A DNA stretch of 64,000 nt, from NCBI GenBank assembly GCA_963718895.1, contig CAVRAG010000008.1:96001-160000 (forward strand), read 5' to 3'. Made by a program: the position numbers and the translations under genes. The notes beneath the pieces are model-generated. The model saw only the letters and a program-made list of their open reading frames with translations. It was not told where the DNA came from and did not search any database. Source of the DNA: an uncultured Nitrososphaerota archaeon. Its GTDB lineage: Archaea > Thermoproteota > Nitrososphaeria > Nitrososphaerales > Gagatemarchaeaceae. Within the stretch, counting starts at the first letter, position 1; every line of letters begins with the position of its first letter. This document shows, piece by piece, positions 1 through 9,220 of this stretch.

Positions 1-627
1 GGGCCCATCGTCGTCGCCGAGAAGGCGAGGGTGGAAGCGTTCTCCCGCGTCTCGGGTCCCTGCTACGTGGGCCCCAAGACCGTCGTGCGCTCGGCCCTGG
101 TCAGGGGAGGGACGACGATAGGCACGGACTGTAGGGTGGGCGGGGAGGTGGAGCACTCCATAGTCTACCCCCACTCGAACAAAGCCCACTTCGGCTACCT
201 TGGTCACTCGATCGTGGGGGAGTGGGTGAACATCGGTGCCGGGAGCGCCACGAGCGATCTGAAGAACACTTACGGGACCGTCAGGGTCGAACGCGCCTCG
301 GGAAGGGTCGACAGCGGGACGGTGAAGCTCGGCGCGATGATCGGGGACATGGCCAAGGTCTCCATAGGTTGCATGATCTACGCGGGGAAGACCATCGGCG
401 TGGGCGCGCACTGCTCCGGGCTGGTCGATCAGGACGTCCCCGACTTCACGAGCCACGATGGGTACAGGCAGAGATCTTCGGCCCTCAAGCTCGAGTCCGT
501 GACGCGGACGCTCGCCAGGATGATGGGGAGGCGGGAGGTCACACTTACGAGAAACAGGGTCGCCCTGATAGACCACCTCTACGGAGGGAGAGCGCGTCTG
601 GGCAGCCCGGCGCGAGCAGGCCGCTGA
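1..627 (+). CDS. GlmU-like sugar-1-phosphate nucleotidylyl/acetyltransferase, C-terminal hexapeptide-repeat part (5'-truncated by the window)
   Basis: Left-handed beta-helix repeats; NKAHFGYLGHSIVGEWVNIGAG motif; the frame is open from the window start. Confidence 0.8.
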   Translation, partial: GPIVVAEKARVEAFSRVSGPCYVGPKTVVRSALVRGGTTIGTDCRVGGEVEHSIVYPHSNKAHFGYLGHSIVGEWVNIGAGSATSDLKNTYGTVRVERASGRVDSGTVKLGAMIGDMAKVSIGCMIYAGKTIGVGAHCSGLVDQDVPDFTSHDGYRQRSSALKLESVTRTLARMMGRREVTLTRNRVALIDHLYGGRARLGSPARAGR

Positions 628-825
628 AGACCCCCAGGCCGAGGATTCGGCCAGAGCCAAGGGCCGACCGATGTCGAGGTTGGGATTTCCATCTCCGACG
701 TGGGGGATCATCCAAGGCGAAATAGCAAGAACTGCGACCTAAAGAACGGAACGGAACCTTCGGCGGCCCTGAGCAGCTTAAAAGGGGGCGCTTCGCGTCC
801 CGTGCCATCAAGATCGAGCAATGCC

Positions 826-1860
826 ATGATGGGACAAGACAAACTCTCTCCTGAAGAGGTTGTCAGGGTCGACCCGAGAAGGGTCTACGAGCTCTACGAT
901 CGCTGGCCCGCCGATGTCGAGGACGCCCTCAAGATACAGGTGGAGGTGCCTAGAAAGAAGTACAGTCGGGTGATCTACCTCGCCGTGGGAGGATCGGCGA
1001 CCGCTGGAGACATAATCTCCGACTGGTTCCTTTCATCTGGAGGGGTCGAGGTCTCGGTCTACCGGGGCAATCTGCCGAGGGTAAGTCTGAAGAACGCGCT
1101 CGTCATCGTCTGCAGCACATCGGGGGACACCGAGGAGACGCTGGAGATGGCCCGCACCGTCAGCAAGGAACACCCCGACATGGTCACGATATCCTCCGGG
1201 GGCAAGCTCGCGGAGTTGGCCGCCAAGGAAGGTATAGTCCACGTCGGGATACGCCTCTCGAAGGCCCCGCGCTTCACCCTGCCCTACAGCCTCTTCGCGG
1301 CCGTCGCGACGCTGAGGTCCGCCTCGCTCCTCGACGGCATCGAGTGGGAGCTCGACGAGACGGTCTCGAACCTTAAGAAGACCTCGACGGAGATAGGGAT
1401 TACGGTCCCGACAGCGAAGAACGCCTCGAAGCAGATAGCCGAGGTCGCAGCCAGGGGAGAACCCTGCATCTACGCGACGTCGGTCACCCGGAGCGTCGCG
1501 AGGAGGTTCAAGACCTCCCTGAACGAGAACGCGAAGATGCACGCGACCTACAACACCTCACCGGACGTCATGCACAATGAAGTGGAGGAGTGGGAGGTGC
1601 CGGACAGCAGGCTGCAGCCCATCTTCATCCAGAGGGCCGGCGACCCCGCGTCCGAGGTCCGGTCTCGGGAGGCCTTCCTGCGCATCCTGGAGAAGAAGGG
1701 TGTGAAAGTAGGCCGAGTCCAGGCGAAGGGAAAGGGGAACCTCTCGCAGCTGATGAACCTGTGCTACACGCTCGACGTGGCTTCCTACTACACCGGGGTG
1801 TTGAGAGGCGTAGACATCTTCCCGATCCGACTCATCGAGGACCTGAAGCGGACTAGGTAA
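826..1860 (+). CDS. Bifunctional phosphoglucose/phosphomannose isomerase (SIS domains)
   Basis: GGSATAGD, STSGDTEET, LNENAK and HNEVE motifs; ATG at 826/829 follows an AT-rich TATA-like box. Confidence 0.85.
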   Translation: MMGQDKLSPEEVVRVDPRRVYELYDRWPADVEDALKIQVEVPRKKYSRVIYLAVGGSATAGDIISDWFLSSGGVEVSVYRGNLPRVSLKNALVIVCSTSGDTEETLEMARTVSKEHPDMVTISSGGKLAELAAKEGIVHVGIRLSKAPRFTLPYSLFAAVATLRSASLLDGIEWELDETVSNLKKTSTEIGITVPTAKNASKQIAEVAARGEPCIYATSVTRSVARRFKTSLNENAKMHATYNTSPDVMHNEVEEWEVPDSRLQPIFIQRAGDPASEVRSREAFLRILEKKGVKVGRVQAKGKGNLSQLMNLCYTLDVASYYTGVLRGVDIFPIRLIEDLKRTR

Positions 1861-2884
1861 TCCCGACCATCTGCGCGAGCTCCTTCCTGCTCGCTGCGCC
1901 GAGCTGCTCGGCGGCCTTCTCCGGGGTCACCTCGTTGACGAAGACTCCGCCGCCAAGCTCGAGCCCTGCCCAGTTCGAGACCCGCGGATAGACCTCCACG
2001 TGCCAGTGGATCTGCTTCGTCGTCTTCTTCTCGGAGGAGCTGTGGAAGACCAGGTTGAAGCCGCAGTCGCCCAGCACCTTGGACATCCCGCCGAGGGTGG
2101 ACCGGAGAAGCAGCGAGAGGTCCATGAGCTCCTTCTGCGACAGCTTGAGGATGCTGGTCTGGTGGCGCTTGGGATAGATCCAGAACTCGTAGGAGTGGGC
2201 GGAGACCCAGGGCGTGAAGGCGATATAGAATTCTGTCGAGATGATCTGCCGCGGCCCTCCGCTCTCCGAGGCGATCACCTGGCACATCGGGCAGACCCCG
2301 AGCTCGTTGAGGGAGCTCTGGACCGTCACGGCTTCTAGCTCCACGACGGGGGGGAGCCTGGGTAGCGTCACTATCTGGACGTTGGGGTGGTCGATCGACT
2401 CGCCCGAACCCTTGCCGTGGTTGATGTACGTGAGAACGTAGCTGACGCCCCTCTGGGCATAGAGCCAGCGCACCTTGTCCTGCATGGTCGCCAGGAGGTT
2501 GGTCCACTGGTCGATGTCTATCTTGGCGAATGAGTCGCCGTGGTTGGGAGTCGCAACGACGACGTAGTGGTATCCGATCGCGGGCTCGCTGTAGTGGGGG
2601 TACTCGCCGTACGATGGCGGGGCGTTCAGCGTCACGACAGGGTTCTTGTTCTGGAAGACCCGCACGACCCACCCCTTGATTCGCTCCCCCTCCGTGTCGG
2701 TCTGCTTGACGAGCGTATTGCCCATCTTCACGAGGACGAGGTCGGCCGGTGGGGTCATGTCCTCGTTGCCAGGGCAGAACGGGCACTTCCCGTGGTCGAG
2801 GTGTTTCGTCGGGATGCGGGCGCTGCGCTCTGTGGCGACGATAGAAAGTTTCTCGGTGAAGTAGTCCTTTCTTATCTCGACCAT
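1853..2884 (-). CDS. galT: Galactose-1-phosphate uridylyltransferase (GalT/HIT family)
   Basis: CPFCPGNE, NHG..SG.S..HP.. and HWHVEVYPR motifs; HPN replaces the usual HPH. Confidence 0.85.
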   Translation of the reverse strand: MVEIRKDYFTEKLSIVATERSARIPTKHLDHGKCPFCPGNEDMTPPADLVLVKMGNTLVKQTDTEGERIKGWVVRVFQNKNPVVTLNAPPSYGEYPHYSEPAIGYHYVVVATPNHGDSFAKIDIDQWTNLLATMQDKVRWLYAQRGVSYVLTYINHGKGSGESIDHPNVQIVTLPRLPPVVELEAVTVQSSLNELGVCPMCQVIASESGGPRQIISTEFYIAFTPWVSAHSYEFWIYPKRHQTSILKLSQKELMDLSLLLRSTLGGMSKVLGDCGFNLVFHSSSEKKTTKQIHWHVEVYPRVSNWAGLELGGGVFVNEVTPEKAAEQLGAASRKELAQMVGIT

Positions 2885-2974
2885 TGATGGCCGCTGGCTT
2901 TACTTCATCGAGATATATCGTTTCTCGGCCCCGCGCGAATATTGATATCCCCCTCGCGGGAGCGCGGGCAGACA

Positions 2975-4207
2975 ATGAAGTTCGGATACGTCCTGCTCGA
3001 CGGGTGCGGGGACAGGCCCGCTCCTTCACTCAACTTCACCACGCCTCTCGAGGCGGCGAACACGCCCAACCTTGACGCGGTGGCAAGGAGGAGCAAGATG
3101 GGCCGCGTGGTCACCGTGGGACGCGATGTGGCTCCCGAATCGGACATCGCGGTCTTCAACATGCTCGGATACGCGTTCCCCAGGGGTTACCCCGGCAGGG
3201 GAGTCGTCGAATCTGTGGGAGCCGGTGTGGCGTTCAATGACGGCGATCTCGCCCTCAGGGCAAACTTCGCGACGACCGAGAAAGGATACATCACCGACAG
3301 GAGGGCGGGCCGCGACCTGACCAAGGGCGAAGCCCTCTCGCTGCAGGAGGACCTCAAGGAGGTGAAGCTGAAAGGCGCGGAGTTCGAGTTCAAGAGCACC
3401 GTCGGCTACAGGGCGGTCCTGGTCATCAGGGCGGACAGGCCGCTCTCGGCCGAAATCACCAACACCGACCCGGCCTACGTTAGGACGCGCGGCTTCGGCG
3501 CCGCCCGGAACGTCAAGGGACCGGAGAAGGTGCAGGCCTGCAAGCCCCTCGTGAGAGCGGCGGGGGCGAAGAGGGCCACCGAGCTGGTCAACGAGTTCCT
3601 CGCCCGGGCCATGTCGGTGCTCGACGCCTCGGCGGTAAACGACCAGAGAAGGCGCGAGGGGAAGAAGCCGGCGAACCTCCTGCTTCTCAGGGATGCCAGC
3701 GACCACCTACCTTCGGTCGTGTCGTTCAAGGAGAAGTACGGCGTCAACGGGGTGGCCCTGGTCGAGATGCCAGCCGAGGTCGGGATCGCGCGGCTCCTCG
3801 GGATGAAGGAAGTTCTCCTGAAGGACCACAAGGACCTGGCCAGGAAGGCGGAGTTCTTCAAGAGGGAGCTGGTCGAGGGGACGGTCGTCTACGCCCACAT
3901 CAAGGGTCCCGACGAATACGGTCACGACGGGGACGCGGTAGGCAAGAAGAGTAACATCGAGACCATCGACAGAGCCTTCTTCGGGGCCATAGCCGAGAAG
4001 GCGACGGACGCACGGATGGCAGTGTCGTGCGACCACGCTACACCGTGTGTCCTCAAGAGCCATTCCAGCGACCCGGTCCCACTGATGATAACGACGGATG
4101 ACAGGGACACGGACTGCTGCAGGTTCACCGAGGGGGACGCGAAGCGCGGAAGCCTCGGCACCCTAAAGGGCGCAGAGGTCTTGAGTAGGGCCCTCTCGAC
4201 GCCCTAG
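2975..4207 (+). CDS. apgM: 2,3-bisphosphoglycerate-independent phosphoglycerate mutase, archaeal type
   Basis: LDGCGDRP, TPLEAANTPNLD, PESD, HIKGPDEYGHDG, DHATP and HSSDPVP motifs. Confidence 0.93.
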   Translation: MKFGYVLLDGCGDRPAPSLNFTTPLEAANTPNLDAVARRSKMGRVVTVGRDVAPESDIAVFNMLGYAFPRGYPGRGVVESVGAGVAFNDGDLALRANFATTEKGYITDRRAGRDLTKGEALSLQEDLKEVKLKGAEFEFKSTVGYRAVLVIRADRPLSAEITNTDPAYVRTRGFGAARNVKGPEKVQACKPLVRAAGAKRATELVNEFLARAMSVLDASAVNDQRRREGKKPANLLLLRDASDHLPSVVSFKEKYGVNGVALVEMPAEVGIARLLGMKEVLLKDHKDLARKAEFFKRELVEGTVVYAHIKGPDEYGHDGDAVGKKSNIETIDRAFFGAIAEKATDARMAVSCDHATPCVLKSHSSDPVPLMITTDDRDTDCCRFTEGDAKRGSLGTLKGAEVLSRALSTP

Positions 4208-4342
4208 AGGACATGCTAGGCCGTCTTGGGAGGCCAGCAGGTCATCGATACGACGTGCCCCACCGAGACGAGGGTGACTTTGGCCATCCTTGTGGGCACT
4301 GTCCCCCGGGGGAGCCTCTGGAAGAAGGCGGCGTAGCCCGTC

Positions 4343-5680
4343 CTATTCTTTCTGCTCGACCGTTTCCGGGAGGGCTCCGCCCTCCTCGTCGAAGAGCTCC
4401 TCGACGGTCTGTCCCTTCCGAACTATCGAGAAGCGCCCTTGGGCGTCCCTCATGTGGACGTATGGTTTGGGCTGACAGTGGAAGGGCGAACCGAGGACGA
4501 TCGAGTAAGCTCCCACACCCCTGAAGACCACTATCTTCCCGACCTCGGCGCCGCCCAGCTTCGACCTGCTGGAAGTGGCGAAGACGTCGAGGGAGTCGCA
4601 GAGCCGTCCGACCAGGATGGTCTTCTGCTGGGTGGCAGCGCCGCCCGGAACGACCTCGACGGGGTACTCATGTCTGAGGAGGGCCGTGTCAGCCAGGTCA
4701 TGGTAGCCGGCGTCTAGGTAGACGTACTTGTTCTCGTTGAACCTCTTCACGTTTACTATCTTCGAGACCATGATCATCGAGTTCGCCGACAGGAACCTCC
4801 CGCTCTCGACGATGAGCGTGAACTTGTTCCCGAAACTCTCTGCCAGGCTGCTCAGCTGCTCCATTATCCTCGCCGAGAAATCGGCCGGTGCAGGAACGCT
4901 CTTTCCGTAGGATGTCGGGAGCCCTCCGCCGATGTCCAGGGTGTTGACCGGGAACTCCCCGAGAGCTCGCCTGGCGCCGAGGATGAACGCTTCGAGCTTC
5001 TCGAGCGCCTCTGAATAGCAGGAGGGGTCCTCCACCTGGCTGCCGAGGTGGAAGTGGAAGCCGTCGAAATTGAGCGACGGCGTCTCCAGGATCTTCTTGA
5101 GCATGAACAGGGCGCTGTCCTCGCCCATCGAGTCTAGGGGCACGCCGAACTTCCCGTGCCTTATCGAGAACCTGAGCTCGGCCTTGACGTGGACCTCAGG
5201 GTTGACCCGAATGAGGACGTTGACCTGTGCCCCGACCTTGGCCGTGGCCTCTATCAGATTTAGGAGGCCGTTGTAGCTCGAGACCACGATCTTCCTCACG
5301 CCCCTCGCGATCAGGCTCTCGAACTCCGCGAAGGTCTCCGTGATGCTCGTGTAGATAACGTTCTCAGGTGACCCGCCGCACTTCAGCAGGAAGTAGAGCT
5401 CGTTGGCAGCTGTAAGATCGAACATTATGCCTTCGGAGACGAACGTCTTGATGACCGCTGGGTTGAAGTTCGCCTTGATAGAGTACGCGACCCTGAACGG
5501 GCCCTTGAAGCCCTGGTACGCTTGCTCTATCTCGCTCACGTTCCTCCTGAGTACTGCCTCATCGATGAGGAAGTATGGTGTGCCAAACTTCGCGGCCAGA
5601 TTGTAAAGCTCCTGGTCATCGAACTTTGGTGTCGTCGGATTCCGGGTCTTCGTCACCGGTTGAGCCCGAGGTTCAGGCAA
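4343..5680 (-). CDS. lysA: Diaminopimelate decarboxylase-like PLP fold-III decarboxylase
   Basis: YSIKAN (PLP lysine), KFG, HFHLGSQ, DIGGG, ESGRF, GRLCDSLD and GAY motifs; substrate specificity inferred. Confidence 0.8.
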   Translation of the reverse strand: MPEPRAQPVTKTRNPTTPKFDDQELYNLAAKFGTPYFLIDEAVLRRNVSEIEQAYQGFKGPFRVAYSIKANFNPAVIKTFVSEGIMFDLTAANELYFLLKCGGSPENVIYTSITETFAEFESLIARGVRKIVVSSYNGLLNLIEATAKVGAQVNVLIRVNPEVHVKAELRFSIRHGKFGVPLDSMGEDSALFMLKKILETPSLNFDGFHFHLGSQVEDPSCYSEALEKLEAFILGARRALGEFPVNTLDIGGGLPTSYGKSVPAPADFSARIMEQLSSLAESFGNKFTLIVESGRFLSANSMIMVSKIVNVKRFNENKYVYLDAGYHDLADTALLRHEYPVEVVPGGAATQQKTILVGRLCDSLDVFATSSRSKLGGAEVGKIVVFRGVGAYSIVLGSPFHCQPKPYVHMRDAQGRFSIVRKGQTVEELFDEEGGALPETVEQKE

Positions 5681-5944
5681 TTGTTTGTAACACGAGTGTC
5701 AGAAGATTCACTTAAAAATTTATCCCCGTTTGAAAAACTTCTCAGCGATCCGAGGCACGTCTCGCGTCGAGCAACGATTGGGATAGTTGGTGAGTCGAGC
5801 CGTATCGTCGACAGGGAAGCGAGAGCCCTAGCGAGCTAGCTGCGCGCAAAAAGCAAGGATTAGTTCTAGAGAAACCGCTCATCACGCTGCGCGTCCTAGT
5901 GACGCGGGATCCTTGTGAGGGTCCCGAGTCTCAGGCTTGGAGGG

Positions 5945-6307
5945 TCACCTGCCGACGAGTATCTCGATCGACGAGACGTTCCTCATCTCGCCTGTGTCGA
6001 CGCTCTTGACCTGCTCGGTGCTGATGGCGATGTTCTTCACCGCGAACGCGCCGTTGCCTAGCCTCTTGGTGACGATCTCAGCGACGTCGACCGCCCTTCC
6101 GATTGCGAGGCCTCTCGCCTTGATGACCACTTCGCCTGCCTGCGAAAGCTGTATGAGCGCAGACATCGCGTAGCTCATCACTGGCTTCTTGCCCACGTAG
6201 ATGTGGTTCTGTGCCATTCCTGTCGGTGGTGCCACCTCCTCTTCGGAGTGTTCTGCGCCGGCTGGTTGTTCCGCTGTTGGTGCCCGAATGTTTGGTTTGC
6301 TGGACAT
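5945..6307 (-). CDS. albA: DNA/RNA-binding protein Alba
   Basis: IYVGKKPVMSY..., IKARGLAIGRAVDVAEIV, NVSSIEI. Confidence 0.93.
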   Translation of the reverse strand: MSSKPNIRAPTAEQPAGAEHSEEEVAPPTGMAQNHIYVGKKPVMSYAMSALIQLSQAGEVVIKARGLAIGRAVDVAEIVTKRLGNGAFAVKNIAISTEQVKSVDTGEMRNVSSIEILVGR

Positions 6308-6378
6308 AGTAGTTTCGGGCGACGGTTAATCCCTATTTATGCGTAACTGGACGATTCGTCCATCTGGACCGGCGGTGA

Positions 6379-6675
6379 TCAGAGCAGATATCGGACTGGT
6401 ATGTCCTGATACTCGCCATTCGGGAGCGACCGCCTTATGGAGAGCGGCAGCGCCTCGCTTGCGAGCTCGGACATGGCGAGGAAGATCGGGTCCTTCGTCG
6501 CCTCGTCGATCGGCACGAAGAAGGGAGCGCCCATCGCCAGCTGTAGAGAACGCGCCCCGATGATCCTTGCTCTCTCAAATCGGGTGAGCTTCGGCGGCCC
6601 TATCTTAATCTCAAAACCTTCCTCCACCGCGCGTCGAGGTTTTTTCTTATCGCGCGAAGCAACTGCTGGGGACAA
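6379..6675 (-). CDS. rpoK: RNA polymerase subunit K (Rpo6)
   Basis: LTRFERARIIGARSLQLAMGAP...LPLSIRR. Confidence 0.95.
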   Translation of the reverse strand: MSPAVASRDKKKPRRAVEEGFEIKIGPPKLTRFERARIIGARSLQLAMGAPFFVPIDEATKDPIFLAMSELASEALPLSIRRSLPNGEYQDIPVRYLL

Positions 6676-6928
6676 TCAATGACCTCGAGAATGGTTGGGC
6701 CTTTTAAACCGCAACTATAAAGTTTGTGCTCCCTGTCCTTTTTGAGGAAATTTGTCTCTGGCTCGACGGAGAGCCCCCGGCCCTCGCCGTCAGGCAGCGC
6801 AGCATCGACGTCGATGTCCGGCCCCCGCCAGAGATATCCCGACCGTCAGCGATACACAATAATGAAATAGTGGACGCGAGCGGCTCCGAAATGTCGCTCA
6901 TGGAACGCCAGACCAGGGAAGATGGAAA

Positions 6929-7327
6929 TTGTCAGTCTCGAAAGTAGAGTGCAAGGCGGTAGTCAGAGGAAAGGGCGAAGTGAAGTTCGATATCTTCAAG
7001 CACCTGGCTCCCGTCACCGTGAGCGCAATCCTCAGGGAGCTCCCGATCAACGCGCGGGTCACGATCTATCCCAGGGCCATGATCTGTCTCCTGACGGGGA
7101 TAAAGGCCGGCGTCGAGAAGCAGAGATTCGAGTTCTCAAAGGGCGACGTGGCTTTCCTCCCCGCGAACGGCTCTCTCTGTTTCTTCCTGGCGAACGCCAA
7201 GAGTCAGAGCCCCCTGAACCCCATCGGAAAGGTGGACGTCGACATGGGACTCCTCGGCGGCCTCTCCGCCGGAGACACGATGGAGGTTGTTCAGGTGCGC
7301 GAGGTCAGCGAAGGCGCCCAGACGTAG
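6929..7327 (+). CDS. Cyclophilin-like fold protein
   Basis: HLAPVTV..I.R.LP, GDVAFLP.NGSLCFF and PLNPIGKV motifs; TTG start. Confidence 0.7.
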   Translation: MSVSKVECKAVVRGKGEVKFDIFKHLAPVTVSAILRELPINARVTIYPRAMICLLTGIKAGVEKQRFEFSKGDVAFLPANGSLCFFLANAKSQSPLNPIGKVDVDMGLLGGLSAGDTMEVVQVREVSEGAQT

Positions 7328-7641
7328 TGCCCGCTGTATCCGCCGACCTTGAAGAGCATACCCTTCGACTCGAGAGAGGCCAAGATCGACCTCGCGATCG
7401 AGGCGCTGACGTTGAAGCTCCTTGCCGCAGAGTAGACGGTGATGGCCTTCTGCGACCCCAGTGACTTCAGGAACTCCTGGTCGCCCAGTTTCGGCATTAG
7501 GACCTCTACCCTCTTCCTCTCGCCGACCGAGACCTTCGCCTTCTCCGTCTTCTTTATCTTCGATCCGTCGGCCTGCTGCTCTCCGTCCTCGTTCTGCGTC
7601 TTCTCCATCGAGGCCAGAGTCTTCTTCTTTGTTCCTCCCAT
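7291..7641 (-). CDS. rps25e: 30S ribosomal protein S25e
   Basis: MGGTKKKTLASMEK N-terminus; KAITVYSAAR..V.ASIAR..L..LE winged helix. Confidence 0.85.
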   Translation of the reverse strand: MGGTKKKTLASMEKTQNEDGEQQADGSKIKKTEKAKVSVGERKRVEVLMPKLGDQEFLKSLGSQKAITVYSAARSFNVSASIARSILASLESKGMLFKVGGYSGHYVWAPSLTSRT

Positions 7642-7761
7642 CTAATTCACGCAGATACCCGCGCTTCCGACCGAATAATTAAGGTTGCGCATCCGCTGCG
7701 GACCAGTGGCGACGACTCTTCGCCCGGTACCGACGCCTAGGACGATGCGCCAGACTGAGAG

Positions 7762-8763
7762 CTAGTTCTCGAAGTGGCGCGGCCCATCTGGCTGCTCGAG
7801 CGTCTCTTCTCTGCTCAGCTCCTGCAACAGCTTCAGGAGGGAGACCCCCAGCGGGGTCAGCTCGTACATCCTGACCTTCCCGTAGACCACCTTGTCGTCG
7901 ACGAACCCGTACTTCTTCATCAGCATGAGGTGCCTGTCGACGCCCTTCCAGTCGAGCCCCAGCTCCTGCGCCAGCTGGAGCCGGTCCTTGGGGAGCGAGA
8001 GCGCGTCGAGCAGCCTGATGCGCGTCTTACCGCCCCTCATCTTCACGAAGAGGCCGAAGACGTCCGCGTCGAACCCGAAGTCCGTCCATCTCGACCTCAT
8101 CCTGCCTCGCCAGATCCACATCCCCCCGACAGCGGCCCAGCTCCCCGGAGCGAGAGCCAGCGAATGAGTCTCGAAGAACAGCAGGAGCGAGAGGAGCGAC
8201 GTCCCTGGTTTGCTTCCAGTGGGCGTCGAGGTGGCCGCCGCTCCGAAGATGGACTGGGGAGAGGTCGTGCTGGCGAGCTGGCTTTGCGTCGCCGTCAGAT
8301 CGCTGACGAGCCCGCTCGAATTTGAGGAAGACGCCATACTCGAGGCCGACGTCGCAGAGGGCGCCGACGCGCCCGTCACGGTCCCGATTGCGACGCCCGA
8401 CATGTTTGCGGTTGTCGTGGTGGTCGTGGACATGGAGACCGTCCCCGTCGTCGTACTCAGAGTGTACGAAGGTGCCGTCGTAGAGGTCGCGGTGTTCGTC
8501 ACCGTGCTAACAGGAGAGGACGCAGTCGACGAAGAGACCCCCTGCGACGAGGACGCCCCGGGTGACGACTCCGACGAGCTCGCCGTCACTACGGTAGTCG
8601 CCATCGTCGTGCCAAGCGTCGTGGCGGAGGAAGTCACACCCTGCACAGGTCCCAGATTCGCTCCGCCGATCAATCCGGTCGACGAGACGAGGTAGGCACC
8701 GAGAAAGGCGGTGTTCAGGATGGCGAATCCCACCAGTGCCGTGAACACCACCGAGGACCTCAT
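7762..8763 (-). CDS. Membrane-anchored protein with Ser/Thr-rich region and C-terminal ArsR-like winged-helix domain
   Basis: N-terminal hydrophobic helix, long S/T/A low-complexity tract, second hydrophobic stretch, then RGGKTRIRLL..L..PKDRLQLAQELGLDWKGVDRHL..M...G.V. Confidence 0.8.
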   Translation of the reverse strand: MRSSVVFTALVGFAILNTAFLGAYLVSSTGLIGGANLGPVQGVTSSATTLGTTMATTVVTASSSESSPGASSSQGVSSSTASSPVSTVTNTATSTTAPSYTLSTTTGTVSMSTTTTTTANMSGVAIGTVTGASAPSATSASSMASSSNSSGLVSDLTATQSQLASTTSPQSIFGAAATSTPTGSKPGTSLLSLLLFFETHSLALAPGSWAAVGGMWIWRGRMRSRWTDFGFDADVFGLFVKMRGGKTRIRLLDALSLPKDRLQLAQELGLDWKGVDRHLMLMKKYGFVDDKVVYGKVRMYELTPLGVSLLKLLQELSREETLEQPDGPRHFEN

Positions 8764-8890
8764 CGACGAGACGAAAAGACCGAATTTGTGTTAAATACTT
8801 TTGTCCGAACCGCGCGATGCGCGGAAGAGAGAGACCAGGTGTACGGTCGAGGCAACGAGGCCTTGCCCACCCCTCCAGGTCGCCCCGAGC

Positions 8891-9073
8891 CTACTTGAAG
8901 GTCCTCTGTAGCTTCCGGAGCATCACGCCGACAAGAAGGAAGAGAAGGCCGACCGCGATGAACGTCGCGGCGTTCTCGAGCGCGGTAATCGTGAGGCCTG
9001 AGTAATAGGGCGGAATCACGCCTATCAGGCATATCGCGGCTCCCGCGATGATGAGTCTGGTCGACCACCTCAT
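8891..9073 (-). CDS. Small two-TM membrane protein
   Basis: Two hydrophobic segments and a basic C-terminus. Confidence 0.55.
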   Translation of the reverse strand: MRWSTRLIIAGAAICLIGVIPPYYSGLTITALENAATFIAVGLLFLLVGVMLRKLQRTFK

Positions 9074-9220
9074 GGTGGCCCCCACCCTCCGCTGGTCCGG
9101 GGGTTAAACCTAGCGCTGAACCAGGGGACCTGGACGAAGATCCCCCCGCATTCCCGGCACTCCTCGGGAGATGAACTCTGGGAATCAAGACTTATTCGGG
9201 GGGGTCCAGAGGGGGACCGC

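Noticed and set aside
6704-6947. Short ORFs between rpoK and the cyclophilin-like gene
   Set aside because: They overlap TATA-like boxes of the divergent promoters and have no recognisable motif
8210-8700. Low-complexity Ser/Thr tract as a DNA tandem repeat or diversity-generating locus
   Set aside because: No regular nucleotide periodicity; explained by protein composition
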